Source: Planctomycetaceae bacterium
Lineage (GTDB): Bacteria; Planctomycetota; Planctomycetia; Planctomycetales; Planctomycetaceae
Reading direction: 5' to 3'
NCBI GenBank assembly: GCA_035949535.1
Contig: DASZIA010000650.1
Coordinates: 45,548 to 109,547 of the forward strand
DNA length: 64,000 nucleotides
Shown piece by piece: positions 53,395 through 61,436 of the stretch. Numbering within the stretch: the stretch's first letter is position 1; the number at the start of each line of letters is the position of its first letter. The translations under genes were made by a program, and so were the position numbers. Below the pieces are notes generated by a model. The model was not told the DNA's origin and searched no databases. It saw only the letters and a list, made by a program, of their open reading frames with translations.

Positions 53395-54918
53395 ATGGAC
53401 CACGACACTGTGATGACCTGCCTGGCGATCGGGCTTTTTCCGGTCTTGTTTGTCATCGCCAGGGTCCGAAGAGCCCGGCGAAAGAAAACTGGGGACGGAT
53501 CGGACCTCGACAAGCCGCTACTAAATTGGACTCCGCAAGACCCGTTCCGGGTGCGTGACCTACTGCGAAGTTTTTGCGTTCAGGGCGCAAGCGGCAGCGG
53601 AAAAAGCTCGGCGGTCGCCTTACAGCTCGCAAGAGCTCTGCTTGCGGACAGGCGGATTGTGTTTCACATCGTCGCCTCGAAGCCCGAGGACCGCCAGTGG
53701 TGGCAGCAGCGTTTCGCGGAGGCAGGCCGAGAGAATGAACTGCGAATTGTCGCGCCTGATTCGGGCATGCGATACAACATGCTCGACGGCGAGCTCAAAG
53801 CTGGTGCCGATGATCGCGAACTTGCCAGCATCCTGATGACTAGCGGCGAGACGCTCAGGCGTGCCGACGCGACGGGCGGCAGCGGTGGCGAAAACGACCA
53901 ATTCTTCCGGGACCAGTCCGAGCGAATGCTAGAAAACGCGATTCTGCCGTTACGACTGGCTACCGGGACGGTCAGGGCGAGCGACCTGCAACACTTTATT
54001 TCTGGTGCGGCGATGACGCCTGAACAGCTCGGAGAGCCGGCATGGAGGCAGGGATTTCATTGGAAGACGCTGGAATCCGCACTCAACGCTCCGAAAACCG
54101 AGATTGAAAAAGCGGATATGGAACAATGCACGGATTACTGGCTCGGCCAGGTTCCGACGCTGAACGATCGCACAAAGACGAGCATCATGGTCCAAGCCCA
54201 AGGCATCTTGCATGTCATGGGATCCGGCATCGTCAGGAATCTGATTTCAAGCGATACAACGCTGTCGCCTGCCATGATGGATGACGGCGTTTCGATTCTG
54301 GTGGACATGCCGGGGTCACGCTACGGCGCATCGGGCCAGTTCGTGAACGCGGTCTGGCGGCTGGGTGTACAACGCCACGTCTTGCGGCGCCACGCCAAGC
54401 ACGGTGACCGCATCATCGTCCAGTGGATCGACGAGTTTCAGAATCATGCGTTTTCCGCGGACACGCGGTACCTGGCTGAATGCAGATCGCATTGGGGGTG
54501 TCAGGTCGTCTTGACCCAATCGCTGCACGCCTTCTACGCGGCGATCAAGGGAGGGCGCTCCGGCGAACACCTCGCGGATGCATTGCTCACCAACTACGGA
54601 ACGAAATGCTTCTGCGCGCTGGGCGACGCCAAAACAGCCGAATACGCAAGCTCGCTGGTAGGTAAATCGCTGCAAACGTTCATCGGCGGATCGATGGCGC
54701 CCGCAACTGACCTGTACGATGAGCTGTTGGGCCGCTCGAAGTTCACGGGAAATTTTTCCGAGCACTACGAAACCATTCTCCAGCCCAACGCCTTCATGAC
54801 GGGCTTGAGGACCGGCGGGGCGAACAACGGTTACATTGCCGACGCGATCGTCATTCGGTCAGGCGAACCGTTCTCCCACGGATCGAACTGGCTTCGCGTT
54901 GCGTTTGGACAGAAATAG
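53395..54918 (+). CDS. TraG/TraD/VirD4-like coupling-protein-type P-loop ATPase
   Basis: There is an N-terminal membrane helix. Walker A is CVQGASGSGKSS and Walker B-like is IIVQWIDEFQNHA. VVLTQSLHAFY and TKCFCALGDAKTAEYASSLVG match the conserved C-terminal T4CP blocks. Confidence 0.7.
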   Translation: MDHDTVMTCLAIGLFPVLFVIARVRRARRKKTGDGSDLDKPLLNWTPQDPFRVRDLLRSFCVQGASGSGKSSAVALQLARALLADRRIVFHIVASKPEDRQWWQQRFAEAGRENELRIVAPDSGMRYNMLDGELKAGADDRELASILMTSGETLRRADATGGSGGENDQFFRDQSERMLENAILPLRLATGTVRASDLQHFISGAAMTPEQLGEPAWRQGFHWKTLESALNAPKTEIEKADMEQCTDYWLGQVPTLNDRTKTSIMVQAQGILHVMGSGIVRNLISSDTTLSPAMMDDGVSILVDMPGSRYGASGQFVNAVWRLGVQRHVLRRHAKHGDRIIVQWIDEFQNHAFSADTRYLAECRSHWGCQVVLTQSLHAFYAAIKGGRSGEHLADALLTNYGTKCFCALGDAKTAEYASSLVGKSLQTFIGGSMAPATDLYDELLGRSKFTGNFSEHYETILQPNAFMTGLRTGGANNGYIADAIVIRSGEPFSHGSNWLRVAFGQK

Positions 54919-55463
54919 GTGACGACTACGGGGGACCGCCGGTCGATGTATCCACGAATCAATCTCATCTAGAGCGGTAGAGAGTCCGGCCACGGCTGTC
55001 CGTGCCTCGATCGAGTAGTTGCAATGGGCCGCGATTGCCGTTAATGGATGAGCCGTCGGATCCGAGAAAAGTGCAAAGTGCTGACGGATAAGACTTTGAC
55101 AAATTGCGAATGAATCGGCGATGGCTACCATTGCGAGTTCATTTGCAGCGTGTCGAACCCCCTGCAACAAACAGGCCCGAGCCGGGTCGACATTCGTGAA
55201 GCCGCCACGAGCAGTTGGCGCAGTTCCGCTCGCGGAACGTACATCCGAACGCAGGCACCGACTAACTGGCACGCGACCGTGACGCCGCCTAAGGGCGGGT
55301 AATCGAAATTGACGCGTTCTGCAGCCACATCGGAAGGGTTGTCATCTTTCGGCATGACATCGTTCCTTGGATTGAGAGTGCATACCCTCCGCCGATCCAC
55401 CAATTTGGATCGCAATTGCGGATGGTGCCGGCGCCGAATGAACTAATCAAGCATTTTGTATCG

Positions 55464-56498
55464 TCAGCCGGATTTTCGTTCCCGGCCACTTCCACGAGCC
55501 GATCGCTTCAGCTGCTCCCGCAGGTGATCGTCCGCCTTGCTCATGTGGCTGTAGACCTTGCTGATCATCGTCGCATCTTGGTGGCCCATGATGGCGGCGA
55601 CCGCGATGTGATCCGTGCCGTTCTCCAGAAGCCGCTGGCAGAAGGAATGCCGCAGGTCGTAGGCACAAAACTGCTTGCCGAGCTGCTCTTTCAGCTTGCT
55701 GAAGCGGTTGCAGATCGCGAAATTCTTCCACGGTTTCCCGCGCGTGTTCAGGAAAAGCTTGCCTTCCTTCCGCTCTGCCATGAGCCGTGTGACGATTTCT
55801 GTGGCCTTCTCGGTGAGGTAGATCAAACGCCAGCGGCGTTTGCCCTTCGCCTCCTCGGGCGGAAACTCGATGCGTCCGCGTTCGAGGTTGACGTGACGGG
55901 CCTCGATGAAGCGGACCTCCTGCGGCCTGGAACCGGATTCCCAGGCGAAGTTGAGCAGGTCTTTGAACGCCTGGTCTTTGACGTGCGACATCAACGTCCT
56001 GAAATCGTCGTCCGACATCGGATTGTCGCGGCGTTGCGCCTGCGGCTTCTCGATGTGGCGAATCGGCGACCGCTCGATGTGTCCGACCTTCTCCGCCCAC
56101 AGGAACGCGCGTTGAACCGCGGTCATCGCTCCGCGCTTGCATGAGTCTCCCCAGGTCGCATGCGAGTCGGCCCATTGCTGGACGTGGAACGGGCGGAGGT
56201 CTTCGGTCTTGATCCGCTTGTTGGGAAGCGAGTCGATGAAGCTCTGCAGAAACTCGAAGTACCAGCGGAACGTCTTGGGGGCGCGATGCTTCTCCGTCCA
56301 TTGAAGGAAAAGGTCGATCAGCTCGACGGCGAGATGGGCGGAAGCCTTCGCGGGCACTTCCTGCATCGCGAGGATTTCATGGAAGCGGCGTTCGGCTTCT
56401 TTCTTGTCCGGGCCGAGGTTGATCTGCTTGCCCTGAAAGCAAATGAACCACGCGCCGCTGTCTTTACGGAACCACGGTTTTCCTGGCTTGCGCGCCAC
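55464..56498 (-). CDS. tyrosine recombinase (phage-type integrase), intact
   Basis: The start is GTG at 56498. Motifs seen: ESGSRPQEVRFIE (Arg), YDLRHSFCQRLLENGTDHIAVAAIMGHQDATMISKVYSH (H.LRH .. GH .. Y). Confidence 0.9.
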   Translation of the reverse strand: MARKPGKPWFRKDSGAWFICFQGKQINLGPDKKEAERRFHEILAMQEVPAKASAHLAVELIDLFLQWTEKHRAPKTFRWYFEFLQSFIDSLPNKRIKTEDLRPFHVQQWADSHATWGDSCKRGAMTAVQRAFLWAEKVGHIERSPIRHIEKPQAQRRDNPMSDDDFRTLMSHVKDQAFKDLLNFAWESGSRPQEVRFIEARHVNLERGRIEFPPEEAKGKRRWRLIYLTEKATEIVTRLMAERKEGKLFLNTRGKPWKNFAICNRFSKLKEQLGKQFCAYDLRHSFCQRLLENGTDHIAVAAIMGHQDATMISKVYSHMSKADDHLREQLKRSARGSGRERKSG

Positions 56499-56648
56499 GT
56501 CTCACTCCTCAATTCGCTGGGGAAAAAAATCGCGATGAGGCTGGAAATGGCGGGGACTTCGATTCCGTGCGGTCATTCCGTGCGTCGCTGAAAGTGACGA
56601 TTCGCAAGTCGTTCGTCAGCAATTCATTATAGCGCGCGTCGGAAATGG

Positions 56649-56686
56649 TTAAGAGTCAGTTGCTCTACCAATTGAGCTATAGGGGC
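56649..56686 (-). tRNA. tRNA-Lys(CUU) 5' half, truncated after the anticodon loop
   Basis: The minus strand reads GCCCCTA-TA-GCTC-AATTGGTA-GAGC-A-ACTGA-CTCTTAA. These are the acceptor arm, the D arm (GCTC/GAGC pair), the 5' anticodon stem and a loop with anticodon CTT. The following CCATTTCCGACG cannot pair with ACTGA. No T arm or 3' acceptor strand follows. Confidence 0.65.
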
Positions 56687-56854
56687 TTAGTCTTTAAGTT
56701 GCAGTACTTTGCGTCTTGTGATTTTTCACGGAGAGCATCGCTTTACAACCGAGCTGACAACCCTGTGGCCTAAAAATGACCCGAAATTACGCCCCGGGGT
56801 TCGTCCCCCACGGTTCGTATGCGCCCAGCAAGGTTTTCCCCGACGGTTGGCACG

Positions 56855-57010
56855 ATGGCAAAGTCTACAGAGTCCACGCCCCCTGTCAAATCCCCGAAGC
56901 CGCATCCGGGATTCCCGTTGACCCCTCATCCGAGCGGGCGTTGGTGCAAGAGAATTCGGGGCCGCTTGCATTACCTCGGGAACCTCGCGCCGGGCACGAG
57001 TCCGCGATAA
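56855..57010 (+). pseudogene. N-terminal fragment of a second integrase
   Basis: MAKSTESTPPVKSPKPHPGFPLTPHPSGRWCKRIRGRLHYLG resembles the N-terminus of planctomycete phage-type integrases (compare GKPWFRKDSGAWFICFQGKQINLG in 55464..56498). The ORF stops after 51 aa. Confidence 0.45.
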
Positions 57011-57061
57011 CGTATGAGTTTCCAGGACGCTCCTGGGAGTGCCGAAGGTTGGCCGCTGCCT

Positions 57062-58510
57062 TCACTTCGCGGAGAGAGTGACCTCGGCCGACTGGCCCGT
57101 CTTCAGGTCGATCGTGATCGGCGTCGTCTGCTCGTGCCTCGTGGTGGAATAAGGGTTCGGATGCCCTTGAATGACATAGCGCCCCGGCGGGACGTCGGCG
57201 TACACGATTTGATTTTTCTGATCGATGTTTCCCGCTCCGCCCCACTTGCCGACGGCCCGCCCGCCTTCCGCTTCTATTTCGACTAGATACGCCTCCGGGC
57301 GCTTCTTGCCGGCGAAGTCGACGGTGACGTGGACCTGGGCGGATCTTTCCATTCTGAGTTCGACGTCTTTCGCCGGCATTGAGATCGTGGGACCCAATCC
57401 CGGGTGAAGATAGCCGGCTTTGCGCAACCAGATTCGGGCTTTGCCGACGGGAACCTGGTCCGAATGAAATCGGCCGTCGGCATCGGTCTTGCAGACAGAT
57501 TCATTCGGGGACTTATAGCCGTCGTTCCCTTCGGTCACGATGTCCCGCAGTTGCACGAGCACCTCGGTGAGCGGCTTACCCGCCTCGTCGGTGATGCGAC
57601 CGGAAATGGATGTGGCACGGGCCAGTCCGCAATCGTAGGGGTGCCACCCCGGTTGGTCGTCGAGCTTAGCGTAACCGACTACGCGCGGCACATAGCCTTC
57701 CGCCTGCACCACCAGCCGATACCAACCCTCCGGCGCCTTCTTCAGAAACCAGCGACCCTGGTTGTCGGCGACCGTCTCAGACACCTTGGTGTAACAATAG
57801 CTTCTAGGCTGCGATTCAATGCGCTCCAATCGCACCCGCGCGGCGACGGATTTGCGTGTTGCCGAGTCAAGGACTTTTCCTTCCAGCACATTTCCGTCTG
57901 CGGTCGCGAATCCGTGTGCTTGTAATCGCTCGTCGATGATCTCGAGACCGGCAGGAACGAGCACGTCGGACCAGCGGACTTTGCCGCCGCAATAAACATC
58001 GATCTGGGCCGGAGGATCTTTGTCGGCATCGCGCACATCGGGCGGTCTGAGGTCGGCAGGCATTTTGCGCACCCGTTCCCAACTGTTGCGCTGCCAGACC
58101 ACGAACGTCCAGTCCATTTCTGCGGCCGCCCGCTTCGCAGGATCGCGATTCGGATTGAGCCAGACGCTGCGTCCGACGCCGTCATGCAAGACGACCCGCT
58201 TCGTCTTCACGTCGAGGCTGGCAAGGTCATCCAGCACGGATTTGAGAACCCGGGTGTTGCCGCGACATTCCGCGTGCCATTGTCCGCCGCCAAAAGGTGG
58301 ACCCACCCACCAGGCAATGCGCGAGGGATCGTTGAAGATCCTGGCCGCGCCTTGTGGCCATCCCGGATCGGCGATCGGAGAATTTCCTCGTCCTCCCTCA
58401 ATTAGGGCGTGCGCCCTTTGCGCGGGGAGGACCCCAATCGCCATCGCGAGAGACAGGATCACGGCCGTCCGAAGCCCTCCGGGCCGCTGAATCTGTGTGG
58501 ACTGCGCCAT
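57062..58510 (-). CDS. secreted protein with carboxypeptidase-regulatory-like (CarboxypepD_reg) domains
   Basis: ORF track gives 57062..58675. I moved the start to ATG 58510 after GAGGAG, giving the signal peptide MAQSTQIQRPGGLRTAVILSLAMAIGVLPAQRAHA. Repeats of type GKVLDSATRKSVAARVRL and ISGRITDEAGKPLTEVLVQL are present. Confidence 0.7.
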   Translation of the reverse strand: MAQSTQIQRPGGLRTAVILSLAMAIGVLPAQRAHALIEGGRGNSPIADPGWPQGAARIFNDPSRIAWWVGPPFGGGQWHAECRGNTRVLKSVLDDLASLDVKTKRVVLHDGVGRSVWLNPNRDPAKRAAAEMDWTFVVWQRNSWERVRKMPADLRPPDVRDADKDPPAQIDVYCGGKVRWSDVLVPAGLEIIDERLQAHGFATADGNVLEGKVLDSATRKSVAARVRLERIESQPRSYCYTKVSETVADNQGRWFLKKAPEGWYRLVVQAEGYVPRVVGYAKLDDQPGWHPYDCGLARATSISGRITDEAGKPLTEVLVQLRDIVTEGNDGYKSPNESVCKTDADGRFHSDQVPVGKARIWLRKAGYLHPGLGPTISMPAKDVELRMERSAQVHVTVDFAGKKRPEAYLVEIEAEGGRAVGKWGGAGNIDQKNQIVYADVPPGRYVIQGHPNPYSTTRHEQTTPITIDLKTGQSAEVTLSAK

Positions 58511-58591
58511 GTCCTGACTCCTCTTGGGTGACGACTTGCGGCCAATTATAGACAAACCACGCTCAAGAAGAGTTCCCCGGTTGATCGTCGC

Positions 58592-58744
58592 AATCTGGCC
58601 GAAGTCGTAGATCGGACAGAGCTTGGGATGCCTCAAGTTACCAGCCGACCGCGCCTCGCGAAAAAAGCGCTCCATCCGCCCGCCCGTAGCCGGGTCATCA
58701 TCGGGCGCGAGAGGCCCAGGAGAAATACTCCGGATTGGACGAAG
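58592..58744 (-). pseudogene. Ser/Thr protein kinase fragment (subdomains II-IV only)
   Basis: LRPIRSISPGPLAPDDDPATGGRMERFFREARSAGNLRHPKLCPIYDFGQI matches the kinase RF.REAR...L.HP.I..VYD.G block. There is no Gly loop upstream and no catalytic loop downstream. Confidence 0.4.
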
Positions 58745-58822
58745 CGGGCGCGGCGCGGATCGGCGTCTTGGAACAATTTCGCCGGCCGTTCAACGACGGG
58801 GGCTGGATTCCAGCAGCAGAGC

Positions 58823-59704
58823 TTAAGGTGAGCTGTCAGCCGCTGGAACCCGCAAGCGAAAGCGTTGTTCGCCCAACTGAAAGTGCGAGGATTTGTGAAG
58901 GCGCTGCTCGCGAATGCCCAGCCACACGCCGTTTCGCGAGTTGGCGTTCTCCAAAACAAACCGGCCGTCGCTGCCCCGCCGGACGCGCGCGTGAATCCGG
59001 CTGACCGCTGGATCGCCGGACAACACGATCTGACACGCCTCGGGGGACTGGCCGATCAACAAGTCGTCGCGATCGAGTCGATAAGATTGTTCGGTCCCGT
59101 CGGGATTCAATCGCACGAGCGTCGAAGTCAGCCGAGCGAGGTCGGTAGCCGACAGTTGCTGCCATCCCTGTGTCTGATTTCGGGGTCCAGCCTCATGCTC
59201 GGGAGGCGCCACCGGCATCTGCGCCCCGCGGAACATATACCGGTGCGAACCCAAAAGCACCAATTGTCCGTCAGTCAGCGCTACCTTCGCGACGCGGATG
59301 AATGTTCCATTGGTGCTATCGAGATCCGTGAGAAACCACTGAAACATCCCGCCCACCAGCCGTCGGGTGATCCGCGCGTGCGTGCTGGAAATCTGTGAGT
59401 CGTGCGGGATCACGATGTCGGCATTTGAGCGTCCGATGGTAATTGAGTCCGCTCGCACGCGAATCACCTCACCCGCGTCCGCACCATCATCGCAGATCTC
59501 GAGGATCGCGACCGGTGGACGAAATAGCGGGCGAAACGGTTGGGCGGAATCGTCTTCACGGGCCGGCTCAGGGACGGCATCGCGTGCCGCACGGTGCGGC
59601 ACGGGAACCGGCGCTGACTGCCGAGCAGGGGCCGACTGCTGCATTGGCAACGGAAGAGCCGAGAGGTTCTGTTTGATCGTCGGCTTGATTGGCTCTTGAC
59701 TCAT
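58823..59704 (-). CDS. tandem FHA-domain protein
   Basis: ORF track gives 58823..59803. I moved the start to ATG 59704 (MSQEPIKP). FHA 1 is ITIGRSNADIVIPHDSQISSTHARI..LTDLDSTNGTFI. FHA 2 is LLIGQSPEACQIVLSGDPAVSRIHARV..LENANSRNGVWL. Confidence 0.85.
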   Translation of the reverse strand: MSQEPIKPTIKQNLSALPLPMQQSAPARQSAPVPVPHRAARDAVPEPAREDDSAQPFRPLFRPPVAILEICDDGADAGEVIRVRADSITIGRSNADIVIPHDSQISSTHARITRRLVGGMFQWFLTDLDSTNGTFIRVAKVALTDGQLVLLGSHRYMFRGAQMPVAPPEHEAGPRNQTQGWQQLSATDLARLTSTLVRLNPDGTEQSYRLDRDDLLIGQSPEACQIVLSGDPAVSRIHARVRRGSDGRFVLENANSRNGVWLGIREQRLHKSSHFQLGEQRFRLRVPAADSSP

Positions 59705-59881
59705 TGCGGAGCGATCTCGGGCAAAGCCAATTGCGGGCACGCGAAGAAAAGCCGCTCCAATCGACTTGAAATCACGACAAATGGGAGCTGACTCTTGGTA
59801 CACTGTACCGCCGCATTAGACGGCACGCAAAGGCGGACTTGACGCTCCGACTCATTTAGGGTCGCTCGAGGTTGTGAGAAG

Positions 59882-61411
59882 ATGCGATTTGTCTTCGACG
59901 TGCGCGCAGCGAACGAACCGAGTCGACGATGGGCCAAAACGGCCAAGCGCATTTCCATTGGTCGGCACCCCGAATGTGATCTCGTGTTGGCCAGCGAGCT
60001 CGTCTCGGCGCAGCATGCGGCGATCGACGAGAGCCAAGCGACGGCCGTCCTTCGGGACCTGAATTCCTCGAATGGGACGTACTTGAACGGCAAAAGGGTG
60101 ACTGCTCCGTCGCCTATTTCTCCGGGAGATGTTGTCGGGTTCGGGGTTGGCGGCTCAACTTTGCTAACCGTTGCCCTTGAACCCGAGGCGACGGTGCCTT
60201 CGACTCTGCGGCTCGAACGTGGGGCCATCTTGGCGCAAGACCGAATCCTCCGCGTCGGGAGGGCACCCGACAATGATGTCGTACTCGACGACGCATCGGT
60301 CTCTTCACACCACGCCCGCGTGCGCGTGGATCGTTTCGGACGCGGGGTCGTGGAAGACCTGGGATCTACAAATGGAATCTCGGTCGGAAATCCCATTAAC
60401 AAATCACCGAGGGCCGAGTTCGCCAGTGGCGACGTGGTCTACTTTGGCTCGACCGCAGTGCCGGCCGATAAGCTCCTCACATATCAACCTGGTGCGGCTG
60501 GGACCGCCGCCGGCGACGATCCAGATCGCCCAACATGGCTGCTGACGACCGGAATTCCTTTGGGAGCCTGCCTTCTCGTGGCGGTAATCGCCGTGGGGGG
60601 CATGTTGGCCTGGAAGCAGGGAAAAGCGTCGTCCGCAACGCCGCCGGAAGAACCGCCAGCGGTGTCAAAGCGGGAAGTTCCGCCGCCGCATGACTTAGCC
60701 GTCATCGCGGCTGAGAAACCGGTTCCGCCGAAGGTCGACGCGGCGCAAGACTTCGAGTCGATCGCACAACACGCGCAGCAGGCATTGGTGTGGCTGGGAG
60801 TGAGACATAAGGCGTTTCTATTTCCCATTGCGGCAGCCTGGGCGGTCAAACCCGCGATCGTCGTCACGACAGCGGAAGTTGTCACAGAGCTGAAGAAAAC
60901 AGCTGACAAACAAGATATGTCGGTCGTGGCCTGGGCCAATGGTAAAGAAATACCGGTCAAATCGTTTCAATGCCACCCGCAATACTCCGAATCGGATCCG
61001 ACTGGAGATGCCCGAGTGAGATACAACCTCGGGAAGATCCTCCTGTCGTCCCCGGTGCCAGCAGCGCTCGAAGTCGCCACGCAAGAGACGGTTCGTTCCT
61101 TGGACTCGGCGACGCTCCTCGTCGAGATCGGGTTCTTTTCGACCTTGAAGGAGTTCGATCCCTACGACCGACTGAAGTTGCGGTCCGACCATGCGCGCGT
61201 GGCGCTCCGCTCGACAGAGTATGACCGGCCCGGCCTCGCGCCGGTGTTCATCGTAGACGTCCCCGCTCCCAAGGGAGAATCGGGCGGTCGGTGGCTTGAC
61301 GGCGCTCCGGTCCTGGGTCGCGATGGCGCGGTCGTCGGCATTCTGTCTGTCGGGTCAAAGCAGAGCCGCATGATCCCGATTGCCCCTTTCGTTTGGAGTC
61401 AAGACTTCTAA
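59882..61411 (+). CDS. tandem FHA - transmembrane - trypsin-like (probably non-catalytic) domain protein
   Basis: FHA 1 is ISIGRHPECDLVLASELVSAQHAAI..LRDLNSSNGTYLNG. FHA 2 is LRVGRAPDNDVVLDDASVSSHHARV..VEDLGSTNGISVG. The membrane helix is WLLTTGIPLGACLLVAVIAVGGMLAW. The C-terminal domain has AWAVKPAIVVTTAEVV (Glu where trypsin-like enzymes have His) and KGESGGRWLDGAPVLGRDGAVVGILSVG (GDSGG-like). Confidence 0.8.
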   Translation: MRFVFDVRAANEPSRRWAKTAKRISIGRHPECDLVLASELVSAQHAAIDESQATAVLRDLNSSNGTYLNGKRVTAPSPISPGDVVGFGVGGSTLLTVALEPEATVPSTLRLERGAILAQDRILRVGRAPDNDVVLDDASVSSHHARVRVDRFGRGVVEDLGSTNGISVGNPINKSPRAEFASGDVVYFGSTAVPADKLLTYQPGAAGTAAGDDPDRPTWLLTTGIPLGACLLVAVIAVGGMLAWKQGKASSATPPEEPPAVSKREVPPPHDLAVIAAEKPVPPKVDAAQDFESIAQHAQQALVWLGVRHKAFLFPIAAAWAVKPAIVVTTAEVVTELKKTADKQDMSVVAWANGKEIPVKSFQCHPQYSESDPTGDARVRYNLGKILLSSPVPAALEVATQETVRSLDSATLLVEIGFFSTLKEFDPYDRLKLRSDHARVALRSTEYDRPGLAPVFIVDVPAPKGESGGRWLDGAPVLGRDGAVVGILSVGSKQSRMIPIAPFVWSQDF

Positions 61412-61436
61412 GATCGTTTGAGTTTCGGGCCAGCCT

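Larger units (their letters stand above)
46950..56648. mobile_element. integrative (mobilisable-type) element remnant anchored at a split tRNA-Lys gene; left boundary uncertain
   Basis: The right end is set by the integrase (55464..56498) next to a tRNA-Lys 5' half truncated at 56649. The cargo is VapBC, a HEAT-repeat protein, small membrane proteins, ParB, two excisionase-type HTH proteins and a TraG/VirD4-like ATPase. The left limit is placed just before the next (degraded) integrase. I could not identify a direct repeat marking it. Confidence 0.4.

Noticed and set aside
54859-55272. 137-aa minus-strand ORF between the coupling-protein-like gene and the integrase.
   Set aside because: It overlaps the 3' end of 53395..54918 by 60 nt. 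It has no motif, and its N-terminal half is Arg/Ser-rich. A shorter real gene starting near MVAIADSF cannot be excluded, but I cannot support it.
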